Below are positions 35,456 to 44,676 of a stretch of 64,000 bases of DNA, piece by piece (position 1 is the stretch's first letter; each line of letters begins with the position of its first letter). Location: IMG/VR virus record IMGVR_UViG_2595698834_000001, positions 32,001-96,000 of that record, one strand, 5' to 3'. The stretch comes from a virus (Duplodnaviria; Caudoviricetes). A program made the position numbers and the translations under genes. Below the pieces are notes generated by a model that saw nothing but the letters and a program-made list of their open reading frames with translations, did not search any database and was not told where the DNA came from.

Positions 35456-36073
35456 CTACTTGACTCCGGAGCTACCTAAACCTTTTTCTCCTCTTTCACT
35501 TGGGGGGAGTTGGTTGGTTTCTTCGAAGACAGCTTTGATTTTAGGTAAGAAAGAAGCTTGGGCAATTCGCTCACCTTTACGAATGTATACAGTTCCACGA
35601 GGAACAACATCTCGATAAATTTTTCGGAACCCGTCTTCATCTGGGTAACCAATAAGTTCAATATCTTTCTTAAGTTGATCAGCGGCTGATTTCTTTGCAG
35701 CACTCGCTACCTCTTCCAACGGAACCTTGTTACCTTGGATATCAATTGCAAAGTCCACCATTGTGGAGTCTACGAAAACATTTTTGACAAGAACTTGAAT
35801 CCCATCTCGGTATGTACCTTCTACAATACCCGGTGCGTTCGCAACGATCAACGGAGTTTTAGCGGCGATACCGCTTCGCAGTGTGACAAACATGCCTGCC
35901 TTGACTGGATCAAACGCTAATTTAAGATTCGTAGGAATACGAGTCGACTGAAAGGTTGCAGTCGGAACTAAACGACTTTCAGCAGCATAGATGTCATACG
36001 CAAAGTCATTTTCATAACCTTGAGTAGGGTGTGTAGCATCATTCTTTAAAACGTGAACTTTAAGTTCTTCCAT
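35456..36073 (-). CDS. dut: trimeric dUTPase-family protein with an internal insertion
   Basis: AYDIYAA, RSG, GIVEGTYR, GERIAQ and RGEKGLGSSG. Confidence 0.88.
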   Translation of the reverse strand: MEELKVHVLKNDATHPTQGYENDFAYDIYAAESRLVPTATFQSTRIPTNLKLAFDPVKAGMFVTLRSGIAAKTPLIVANAPGIVEGTYRDGIQVLVKNVFVDSTMVDFAIDIQGNKVPLEEVASAAKKSAADQLKKDIELIGYPDEDGFRKIYRDVVPRGTVYIRKGERIAQASFLPKIKAVFEETNQLPPSERGEKGLGSSGVK

Positions 36074-36107
36074 AAGTAAATTTTCCTCCTTAGTAAGCTG
36101 TAACTAC

Positions 36108-36136
36108 ATAGTATCATATAGTCTGTAACTTGTCAA
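36108..36136 (-). promoter_or_regulatory. sigmaA-like promoter
   Basis: TTGACA-17 bp-TACTAT with an extended -10 TG. Confidence 0.7.
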
Positions 36137-36144
36137 CTATCAAT

Positions 36145-37215
36145 TTACATATTCGCTAACTGAAGTCTCATTTGCCCTTCACTATCGGCTAGAAAGGCAT
36201 TTGCTATAAGCTCTGAGCATCTTTCGATTCCGAGGTCGTTGGCATCCTCGTCTAGTCCACTAAAAACAAAGTAGACTTTTAGATCAGATGCCTTACTCCG
36301 AATCTGCTTAGCTGTCTCTATCATGTTGTACCAAGCGTCACTGTCGAGGAAAAGATAGATCGGTAAGCTTCTCTCTCGTGCAGCGTTAATGAGTAGGTCT
36401 AGCTGTATCTCGGTTATTTGCTTACCAAAGGTTGCTACTCCCGATCCGGGAGTCATGAAGCTATTGAACACACCCTCATGGACAACGATCTTATCCGTAT
36501 TCTTGGCGTTGTTCAGGTTAAATATCGTAGTTGCTTTTGAATGGCACCCGTCCCATGCTGGGGCGTTAATTGACTTAACGTATGCTTTCTTATCAATAGC
36601 TCGAGTATTCCAATATAGCGGGTTACGCTTATCGTCAAAAGTAAAGAACACCACATGGTTCATAATCCGCATTGGCTCTTTACCTTCTTGCTGTACCATC
36701 CCGTCCACGACATAAGAAATGTTATGTTCATGGATCTGCTCTAGTGTAACCCCTCGACCATGTAAGTAAGTCAAGAACGGGTATGCTTCAGGGTTGTTCA
36801 TATTAGCTGCTAATGTTTTCATTCCACTCGGTATCGCAGGGCACTTGAGTTGCTGATTTTCCTCATCCTCTTCAAGTGGTCGACCTTCTCTTGTTATGTA
36901 CATCAGCAGCTTCTCTTCTTCTGTAAGGTCGTTACCGTATGTTTCCATACTCTTTCTGTAGTCTGATCTCTCATAAGCGTCGTAGTCGTACACAGCTAAA
37001 ATATCAGCAGCTTCATGGAAATCGCAGGAGTAGTACTCTTTCACGAAAGAAATAGCATTCCCTTTAAACCCACACTTCCAGCATTGCATAATTCCTAGTT
37101 CTTTATGTATGTATAGTTTGTAACTTGTTTCTGAACAGAAGGGGCAGTTAAATCGTAAGTTGTTACCATCATCCTTATAACTGCCAAGTTCTTCTTTTGC
37201 TAGGTCAATAAACAT
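36145..37215 (-). CDS. DNA primase
   Basis: Zn finger CPFC..CWKC; TOPRIM VHEGVF, FLDSDA and DANDLG. Confidence 0.92.
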   Translation of the reverse strand: MFIDLAKEELGSYKDDGNNLRFNCPFCSETSYKLYIHKELGIMQCWKCGFKGNAISFVKEYYSCDFHEAADILAVYDYDAYERSDYRKSMETYGNDLTEEEKLLMYITREGRPLEEDEENQQLKCPAIPSGMKTLAANMNNPEAYPFLTYLHGRGVTLEQIHEHNISYVVDGMVQQEGKEPMRIMNHVVFFTFDDKRNPLYWNTRAIDKKAYVKSINAPAWDGCHSKATTIFNLNNAKNTDKIVVHEGVFNSFMTPGSGVATFGKQITEIQLDLLINAARERSLPIYLFLDSDAWYNMIETAKQIRSKASDLKVYFVFSGLDEDANDLGIERCSELIANAFLADSEGQMRLQLANM

Positions 37216-37218
37216 GGG

Positions 37219-37845
37219 TTACTTCACCTCGATAAAACGTCTCATCAATCTCAGCATATTGTAAATCTCACCATATAGGATAAACTGGTCTTCCTCTTCT
37301 CTTGTAGCTACAGTATATATTGTAGCATACCAGTCCTCATTTCCACTGTTCGGGATGTGACGATCCTCTAGTACTTCTTCAGCAGTTAGACTGTCTAGGT
37401 AACGCTTTGCGATCTTCTCGTTTAGAGCATCCAGTGCCTCAGCTAGCTTTATGTGTCCTGCTTTAATGTCGTCCTGTGTTAAGGGATTTACGCCTAAGTC
37501 CAACAGGTTAGGGATGCCAAGACGCTCTGCTGCATAAACCACATCCCAGTTGCGGTCACTTACCTTGTCTTGGTAGAAGAACCCTTCCACCTGCAAATCC
37601 TCAGAATCGAAATACTGTATGTCATTATTACCCTCAGAGTGCTTATACACATCCGTGTTTTTGTATCCTCTATCCTTACATAAATAGAATTTTTTTCGAG
37701 TAGGGGAGTACTTGTACATGTAGTTACTGTTAAATGGGCACACATGTAGAACCTCTTCTAAAGACAACTCTAAATCTTTAGTCCCTCCTTCTGTAGTTTC
37801 CACGGTCATAATAAAAGTATCTTTGTCTTTTCTTGTTAGTTTCAT
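37219..37845 (-). CDS. hypothetical protein
   Basis: 208-aa ORF between sbcC and primase. Confidence 0.8.
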   Translation of the reverse strand: MKLTRKDKDTFIMTVETTEGGTKDLELSLEEVLHVCPFNSNYMYKYSPTRKKFYLCKDRGYKNTDVYKHSEGNNDIQYFDSEDLQVEGFFYQDKVSDRNWDVVYAAERLGIPNLLDLGVNPLTQDDIKAGHIKLAEALDALNEKIAKRYLDSLTAEEVLEDRHIPNSGNEDWYATIYTVATREEEDQFILYGEIYNMLRLMRRFIEVK

Positions 37846-39746
37846 GTTTTTTCTCCTTCAGTTAGTGTAGAAATTCCGTCTCGGTCTTTGACAACCGTGA
37901 TTACTTGATCAAATAGCGGTTTAAGGTGTTCGTTGTGTGTAATGACGAATATTGTCCCTAAGCTGTTTAATCTTTCTTTGAGAAGAGTTACGACATTCTC
38001 TGCTCCTACAGAGTCTAATGCGTCGAACACTTCGTCATAGACTGCAATGTTAAATGTGCTCTCTGATCTACTAAGAACTAAGTCTTGTAAAGCTAGTGCG
38101 ATAGACAGGTCAGCACGTTTCTTTTCTCCTCCGGAGTTAGACTTGTAGTTGTCTCCTCCTGAAGTGTTGATAACTTGTACATCAAATTTATCTGAGAATT
38201 CTCCGTTTTTATTTCTCGTTTGTGTAGTGAAGTTCAGCTCCATATCAGAACCGGACAGCATTGATAAGTACTTATTCCCTCTTTCGTTAAGGAAAGGTGT
38301 TTTAAGATCAAGTACATGAGACTTAATACCAGCATTTGAGTACGTCTTAACAACATTCTCTAGCACCATCTTCTCTTTTTCGAGATTAACTGCCACGTCT
38401 TTAGCAGCCTTGATCTTCTTCTTGACTTCAGCTCTTTCGCTTGTACGTTTCTGTGGTTGTGGCATGTCCCTTAAGCTAGCGAGGTTATCTTTAATACTAG
38501 ACAGCTGAGATTCGTAGGATTGCTTTCTATGAGTATACGAATTTAATGCTTGCTCTCTAGTATGTATTTCCTGTACAACTTGGTTATACTGACCCATTAG
38601 CTGATCGTGGCTGCCTTTTACTTGCATGTACACTTCATGAGCATTAGCATTCTCTTGTTCTTTTTTAGTAATGTCTATCTTAAGGTAATGTAACTCTGTC
38701 AGGATCGGCTTAAGTTGCTCTCGGATCTCGAGTTGCTCTTTCTCTTTATGTGAGGTGTCAAGAGAGTTCCCACATACAGGGCAATTCGTGTTCGTTGACA
38801 GCTTCTTGTACTTACTGGTTAAGTCTGCTTTTTGATACTCTAGCTGTGACTTCCGATGGTTGAGCTGGTTGATCTCGTTCTGGACGGCGTTAACGGTGTT
38901 TGTTTGGTTGTTTAGATCATTACTAGTGTTAACTACCATTGAATCTCGTTTCTTCGTTAAGGACTCGATCTCGTCCTGCCAGTTGTTGAAGTTCTCAATG
39001 TTGCTTGTAACAAACGTCTCGAACTCTTTGAGCGTTCTATCATAGTTCGATTCTCCGTTAGCGATTGCTTGCTTTATAGACTCATAGTTTTTGGTGTCCT
39101 GCTCTTCAAGGACATCTACTTGACCTAGCTCCCACTCAAGTCTTTCTACTTCCCTATGCTGCGCTGCAATCTCTGCATCTTTCCCGCTTACCTTTGACTT
39201 CGCAACCTGTTGCGCTTGTGAGTAAATATTCAAGTTTAGAAGATTCTCTAAAATTTCTTTTTTCTCCCTGTCAGTAGCAATAGCAAACTTTCCAGCGCCC
39301 TCTCCTTGCGAGAACATGATACTGTTAATAAAGGTGCGGTGATCAATACCTACTAACTTTTCAATTGTAGCATTCGTATCTGTAGTGGATTTCCCTGTGA
39401 TCTCGTCTCCGTTACAGAAGAGAAGTACCTTGTTCTTGTGCTTACTATGTTTTCTGTATCGTTCAATCCTGTAAAGGTCTGCCCCTTTATAACCTTCTAA
39501 AGCGACCATAGTATTCTTCCCTACGTGTCTGTTGATTACCTCGTCAGCTCGTATGTTCTTTGATGTTGTATCATAGAGTGCGTATATAATAGGTTCTAAT
39601 AGAGAGCTCTTGCCAGCTCCATTACTTTGAAACTTTTCGTTTGTAGAGTTCTTTCCTTCGATCAAGATAATTCCTCGATTGTCGAGGTCTAGCTCAAACT
39701 CTTTAAACGATAGAAAGTTCTTTGCTTCTAGCTTTGTAAGTCTCAT
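37842..39746 (-). CDS. sbcC: SbcC/Rad50-like ATPase (recombination exonuclease subunit)
   Basis: NGAGKS Walker A, coiled coil with CPVCG hook, SGGEKKR signature, YDEVFDALD and ITH. Confidence 0.93.
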   Translation of the reverse strand: MRLTKLEAKNFLSFKEFELDLDNRGIILIEGKNSTNEKFQSNGAGKSSLLEPIIYALYDTTSKNIRADEVINRHVGKNTMVALEGYKGADLYRIERYRKHSKHKNKVLLFCNGDEITGKSTTDTNATIEKLVGIDHRTFINSIMFSQGEGAGKFAIATDREKKEILENLLNLNIYSQAQQVAKSKVSGKDAEIAAQHREVERLEWELGQVDVLEEQDTKNYESIKQAIANGESNYDRTLKEFETFVTSNIENFNNWQDEIESLTKKRDSMVVNTSNDLNNQTNTVNAVQNEINQLNHRKSQLEYQKADLTSKYKKLSTNTNCPVCGNSLDTSHKEKEQLEIREQLKPILTELHYLKIDITKKEQENANAHEVYMQVKGSHDQLMGQYNQVVQEIHTREQALNSYTHRKQSYESQLSSIKDNLASLRDMPQPQKRTSERAEVKKKIKAAKDVAVNLEKEKMVLENVVKTYSNAGIKSHVLDLKTPFLNERGNKYLSMLSGSDMELNFTTQTRNKNGEFSDKFDVQVINTSGGDNYKSNSGGEKKRADLSIALALQDLVLSRSESTFNIAVYDEVFDALDSVGAENVVTLLKERLNSLGTIFVITHNEHLKPLFDQVITVVKDRDGISTLTEGEKT

Positions 39747-39777
39747 TTTTCTCCTCCTTACTCTAGTCTATAACATG

Positions 39778-39807
39778 ATTATAACAGCATCTATAACGTA
39801 TTGTCAA
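39778..39807 (-). promoter_or_regulatory. sigmaA-like promoter
   Basis: TTGACA-18 bp-TATAAT with an extended -10 TG. Confidence 0.75.
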
Positions 39808-39833
39808 TATAAAAAAGAGCCTTAGTTAGGCTC

Positions 39834-40091
39834 CTATTTTACTTCCTCGTATGTTTTCTTGAATACTCTATCTTTACAAGCCCATATCTCGCCTTCGACT
39901 CCCTTGAGAATCCAATCTCCTAGATGGGCTAGCATGTCTCCCTCAAGAGTATGAATGATTAGATCATGGGTTTGCTCACCGAGGAGAATATCGTCCCCTG
40001 CAAATCCCTTAAGCTCCTCGATGCTTTCAGATGTTCCAGTCCATTGCACTGCCTCTACAATTGCTGTTTTTCGGTACCGTCGTTTTGTCAT
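39834..40091 (-). CDS. small phage protein inserted between sbcD and sbcC
   Basis: VEAVQWTG..IHTLEGDM..GDWILKGVEGE..C...F.KTYE, a motif common in phages. Confidence 0.85.
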   Translation of the reverse strand: MTKRRYRKTAIVEAVQWTGTSESIEELKGFAGDDILLGEQTHDLIIHTLEGDMLAHLGDWILKGVEGEIWACKDRVFKKTYEEVK

Positions 40092-41143
40092 AGGTTATCT
40101 CTCGCTTCCCTTAGAATGTCGAGCGCCGCTTCAGTTGCCTCCGGATAGAACTCTTTAGTATACTCTGAGACGATTTGCTCTTCGGTGGAGTCCATTTCTA
40201 TGCCTATTCGAGTCTCGACTTTGTAATGTTTTGTTACTTCTAGTCTAAAATTGTCGGATTTCTCCTTAAACACTTCTACTTCCTTGACCTGCTCTTTAGG
40301 AAGAACGAGTCGGACGTAGTGATTCTCTACTAGGTCTTGTGTGTTTTCGTCAATCTTCGTTAGTGTAATAAACTGCTTGTTCGCTATTGGAATGAAAGTC
40401 GGCTTACCCTTCGCAGCTAGGTCGATCAACATAACACCCTTCTCTTGACCTTCATCAGAGAAACTCGTTTGAATGGTGTTCCCTGTGTAGAATACGTTAT
40501 CCGTACCACCGAGGAACTGCCGTTTATGGTAGTGCCCTAGCGCTACATAGTCGAAAACGTCAGGTCGTAGGTCAGCAACGGAGAAGGCACCTGCTAGTCG
40601 ATGGTTGTATCGTCCAACTTCACTCCCATCTACACCGATGTGACCTGCTAGTATGCTAGGATTGGGTGACTGTTTGGCTATGTGTGACCACAGTTCTACA
40701 TTTTCCTTTAGTTCCTCGATGTTATCAGAGTAAGGAAGGGCAAATAAGTTAAACAAGAACCCGTCCTTTTCTACCTCTCGCCATAAAGGAACACTAAATA
40801 CGGTCACATTCGGGAGGAAATCAAAAACTTCCAACCAATTACGAGACTTTGTTGAATTGTCCCTTGAATCATGATTCCCTCTGATCATATAAACCTCAGT
40901 ATCTGAGTTTTGAGCAAACACTGTGAAGACTTCGTTGAACACGATGTCATCCAATGTCTTTCTTTTATGAAATAGGTCTCCACCAAACACGAGAATCGCA
41001 TCATGCTCTCTTGCAATTTCAAACACTTTATGTAAGGTATTAATCTGGTCTCTGAAGCGGTCTGTAATAAACCGCTTATCTGGCTTAGAGAAATCCTCGA
41101 AGATATGTGCATGGAAATCGCTAAACGTTACTATTTTAGTCAT
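40088..41143 (-). CDS. sbcD: SbcD/Mre11-like nuclease
   Basis: SDFHAH, GGDLFH, RGNHD and ALGHYH. Confidence 0.92.
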   Translation of the reverse strand: MTKIVTFSDFHAHIFEDFSKPDKRFITDRFRDQINTLHKVFEIAREHDAILVFGGDLFHKRKTLDDIVFNEVFTVFAQNSDTEVYMIRGNHDSRDNSTKSRNWLEVFDFLPNVTVFSVPLWREVEKDGFLFNLFALPYSDNIEELKENVELWSHIAKQSPNPSILAGHIGVDGSEVGRYNHRLAGAFSVADLRPDVFDYVALGHYHKRQFLGGTDNVFYTGNTIQTSFSDEGQEKGVMLIDLAAKGKPTFIPIANKQFITLTKIDENTQDLVENHYVRLVLPKEQVKEVEVFKEKSDNFRLEVTKHYKVETRIGIEMDSTEEQIVSEYTKEFYPEATEAALDILREARDNL

Positions 41144-41144
41144 A

Positions 41145-42617
41145 TTATGCCCCTCCTCTAGCAGATGTTATCGCTTTGTTAATCTCCGAGCTAAAGTCGG
41201 GCATATCAGCGTTGTCTCGGTTTCCTTTTTTCTTACTCTTGAAGGCAGCATCCATCCGGCTGTCAACTTCTTCTAAGATTGCAATGTGTTCTTTTCGTTC
41301 CTCTTCAGTTTTGTAATCCCTTACTCGCTGCATACTTCCTACAACTTTCATTCCGATCATACGATCAAAGTGTCCTTCAGGAGGGTTACGGAGCTTATCA
41401 GCGTACAATCTTAGGAACCCTGCATTAAACTCTTCTTGGTGCTGGTTGACTACGAGAAGAAGCTCTACGGCGTTTTTCTTACGTAGCCCACCTTCAATAT
41501 GCTCCGCTGTTTTGATTAAGGCGCTGTAAGCTGAGCGGTTCATCTGTGAAGCTGTCCACATAACAACATTAAAGTCTTGTGCAATTCTTCGCATCTCTTC
41601 AAAAAGCTTTCCAGCGTCTACACCTTCATTACCAGTTGCTTTAGGATTACGAAGTAATTCAGGGTAGTCAATAAGTACAACGTCGACATGCTTCCCTTTA
41701 CGAAGAGTTACATCGGAGATTAGTTGCTCGATTTTAGCAGGGGTAATTGCCCCCGGAGAGTAACGGGAGAAATATAGATTTCCAAGACGTTCCTTGTTTT
41801 TCTCGTACACACTTTGACGTTTGTTGAACTCCTCCTCGTTGAGTTGTGTCCCATTCAAAATCTGACTTCTTGTTCTCCCTAACATGCTCTGCTCGAACTT
41901 TAAAATCATACGATTCTCTAACTCCTCTAAGGCAATAAACAGAACGTTGTAACCCATTTTCACGTAGTTTGTCGCTAAATTTGTTAATAGAAGCGTTTTA
42001 CCTGTACCTGAGATGGCAGAGATAAGACCTAGCTCGCCTTTAGCTAAACCACCGCTATTGAGGGTGTCAAGAGATTTAAAACCTGTAGGGATGGTGTTCG
42101 TATGTAGAGTAGAAAGAGACTCTCTCTTATACTCTGCATCATGCAGGACATCAATAATCTCCTGTTCTTTACCGCTGATATCCATTCGCATTGTATCTCT
42201 AAGATTGTCTGCGATGTCCTCTAAGATGTCTTCTTTATCAAGATTTTGTGCGGCTTTCTTAAGTAAGTCCATAACCATATGCTTGCGTATATATTTCTCA
42301 ATCTGCTCGTCGATAACGGTGTCATCACTACTATCACGAACAGTGTATAACTCAGATATATCGTTGAAGTACTGCTGCTGCACTTCTGCACTCTTTTTCA
42401 TTCGATCCAGCTTCTCTTCAGCTAGAGTACATAAGGTGTCATACGTTAATGTAGCCGAGTTAGACTCGTAGTATCTCTTGATGATGTTTGATATGTCCTT
42501 GTAAACGTCATTGTCTTCGAAAATGGATAAAGGTGCGTTTGGGAGAACCTCCTTAGAAAATATAGGAGACTCAATCGCCTTCTTAAGAATCTGTTTCTGA
42601 ATTGGTGATACTGTCAC
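41145..42617 (-). CDS. DnaB-like replicative helicase
   Basis: IPTGF..LD, SGTGKT, ALEE, IDYPEL and WTASQMNR; GTG start after AGGAGG. Confidence 0.92.
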   Translation of the reverse strand: MTVSPIQKQILKKAIESPIFSKEVLPNAPLSIFEDNDVYKDISNIIKRYYESNSATLTYDTLCTLAEEKLDRMKKSAEVQQQYFNDISELYTVRDSSDDTVIDEQIEKYIRKHMVMDLLKKAAQNLDKEDILEDIADNLRDTMRMDISGKEQEIIDVLHDAEYKRESLSTLHTNTIPTGFKSLDTLNSGGLAKGELGLISAISGTGKTLLLTNLATNYVKMGYNVLFIALEELENRMILKFEQSMLGRTRSQILNGTQLNEEEFNKRQSVYEKNKERLGNLYFSRYSPGAITPAKIEQLISDVTLRKGKHVDVVLIDYPELLRNPKATGNEGVDAGKLFEEMRRIAQDFNVVMWTASQMNRSAYSALIKTAEHIEGGLRKKNAVELLLVVNQHQEEFNAGFLRLYADKLRNPPEGHFDRMIGMKVVGSMQRVRDYKTEEERKEHIAILEEVDSRMDAAFKSKKKGNRDNADMPDFSSEINKAITSARGGA

Positions 42618-42659
42618 TTGTTTTCCTCCTTTTTTATACAAGTGGTAGAGAGTAAGGGT

Positions 42660-44360
42660 CTAATCCTCAAACTCTCCATCAAAAAAGTTATCTAGCGTGT
42701 TCTCGTAGTCAACGTGACTCTCAAGCTTGTAAGTCTTCTTTTGAGTGATAGCGGCAAGGTCAACCTCTTCTTCCTGTACTTCTTTAGCCTCTAGCCCTTC
42801 CATGAAACGAATAATCTGCCCTACATCGAGGATTGATAGGTCGTCTAACGGAATACGTTCTTTACCGTACTCTTTAAAAGCTTGTTGAATATCAGATAGG
42901 GAGACGAGCAACCCTTTTCGCTCTAAAATTAAACGCATAACGAGTCTTGTTTCATCGAGAGTGTTACGCTGGTATATATACTCTCTACCTTTCTCAACTT
43001 GTTCTGCTGTAGATAACGTAGGGTGAGTAAGCATACCGAGCATAAGACTTTGAGCATATGCCAATCTCTCAGAGTTCGTCTTCTCATCTACAAATGGAAC
43101 TTGTGACCTAGCAGAAGCAACCACAACTTCTGTATGCTCAGAGGAAAGAATCATGTGAGCAGGTAAACGTGTTACGCCACCTGTTATAATCATAGACTGC
43201 GTTAAGATAAACTTCTTAATAGTTTCACGAGTTTTCAGTGATACTCCTTCTTCAATCATCGTGTCTTCCGATAGGCGGTAGAAGTTCGCTAAGTGATACT
43301 CTTCATCAGACGAGTAGTCACCGCAAAGGAAATCATCTACTGCGTGACGATACTGTAGTAAACCTACACCGCTGTCAGCTGTCTTGTAACCATCTACAAG
43401 AGCTCGCACAGCATAATCATCCGGAAATTGAATCGGGATGTGTTTATAAGCAGCATACGCACGACTCACTTTCTTTTGGAAGTTACAGTAGTCGTTATAC
43501 ACATCGTAGCTTGCATCGCTCATTAGAGCGTTAACGAACGGAAGGAACTTTTTACTACCGTTGTTTCCTGATGTGAAGAGAGATCGACCGAACTGGGCTG
43601 ATAGGTAGACAGCCGGGTCAATATCGTTCTCTTCACAGAAAAGTCTAAACTTTTCAAACTGGTTCCACTTAGGAGAACCATAGAAAGCTTCCGGCAAGCA
43701 ATCGTAGTCGTTAGATACAGCAGGTACTTGAGTTCCCTCTCTGTATACCTTTACTTCTGCATTGTGCTTGTCTGTAAACAAAGCAGCGTAACGGTTGTAC
43801 AAACGTGAGATTAAGTATGTACGATAGTTACCTACAGGATTATCCGTCTCTTGGAACCATTCCCAGTTTGGAACGCCTTGCAAGTCCATTAGCTTACTAT
43901 TCATAGCATCATATTTGTTCTGCTCTTTTTCTTTTAAAAATCTTGATTCTAGCACTTGCTTTTTCGTACGTCTTTTTCTTGTAGTCTTTTTAGGCGGCTT
44001 CTCTTTCTTAGGCATCTTCTTATCGACGATGTCGTCAATACTAATAGGCTCATCAGAGTTGATCAGCGCCTTGTCAGATGTTTCAAATTTAACTAATTTA
44101 GTGTTCAGAAGGATGACTGTCCCTTTGGAACGACCTCTAACACCTTTTGTCTGTATAATTTCTTTTTCTTCAAGTGCTTTCAAATATCTTGAAACCGTTC
44201 TAGTGTCTTTCCCTACCATGTCAGCTAGTTCCTTCTTCTTGAAGGATACAGCCACGTCTTGTAGTTCTTTAGCCTTGGCTACCAACATACCTAGAAAATC
44301 TAGCACTCTAGGCTTGAGATCGACAATAGAGGACTCCAAATATACACCACCGTGTTCCAT
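42660..44360 (-). CDS. N-terminal HTH protein, putative replication initiator or regulator
   Basis: KKELADMVGKDTRTVSRYLKALEEKEII winged HTH; lies between the two helicases as in Herelleviridae. Confidence 0.75.
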   Translation of the reverse strand: MEHGGVYLESSIVDLKPRVLDFLGMLVAKAKELQDVAVSFKKKELADMVGKDTRTVSRYLKALEEKEIIQTKGVRGRSKGTVILLNTKLVKFETSDKALINSDEPISIDDIVDKKMPKKEKPPKKTTRKRRTKKQVLESRFLKEKEQNKYDAMNSKLMDLQGVPNWEWFQETDNPVGNYRTYLISRLYNRYAALFTDKHNAEVKVYREGTQVPAVSNDYDCLPEAFYGSPKWNQFEKFRLFCEENDIDPAVYLSAQFGRSLFTSGNNGSKKFLPFVNALMSDASYDVYNDYCNFQKKVSRAYAAYKHIPIQFPDDYAVRALVDGYKTADSGVGLLQYRHAVDDFLCGDYSSDEEYHLANFYRLSEDTMIEEGVSLKTRETIKKFILTQSMIITGGVTRLPAHMILSSEHTEVVVASARSQVPFVDEKTNSERLAYAQSLMLGMLTHPTLSTAEQVEKGREYIYQRNTLDETRLVMRLILERKGLLVSLSDIQQAFKEYGKERIPLDDLSILDVGQIIRFMEGLEAKEVQEEEVDLAAITQKKTYKLESHVDYENTLDNFFDGEFED

Positions 44361-44447
44361 ACATGTTTTCCTCCCTACTCTGTAGTGCTCTTGATTACAT
44401 TATAGCATAGTCTGTATTATACGCAACCGTTATTTTCAGTTATAGGC

Positions 44448-44657
44448 TTAGTTAGCTTCGAATGTATAGGTCTTAATATTGTCATTGCTTATTCGTGAAC
44501 TCTTGTACACCACTTCAGCTTCCCCTCCACAGTCAAGACACTCGAACCATTCTGCGTAGTAATTAGCCTGTAGCATGTCATCCATGCAGAGCATATTTTC
44601 TGTTCGACAAGAAACACATGTCATACCTTTTCTAGGAACCATTTTGATGTGTAACAT
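44448..44657 (-). CDS. small Zn-ribbon protein
   Basis: CVSC...CLDCG; AGGAGG RBS. Confidence 0.75.
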   Translation of the reverse strand: MLHIKMVPRKGMTCVSCRTENMLCMDDMLQANYYAEWFECLDCGGEAEVVYKSSRISNDNIKTYTFEAN

Positions 44658-44676
44658 TTATACCTTCCTCCTATAA

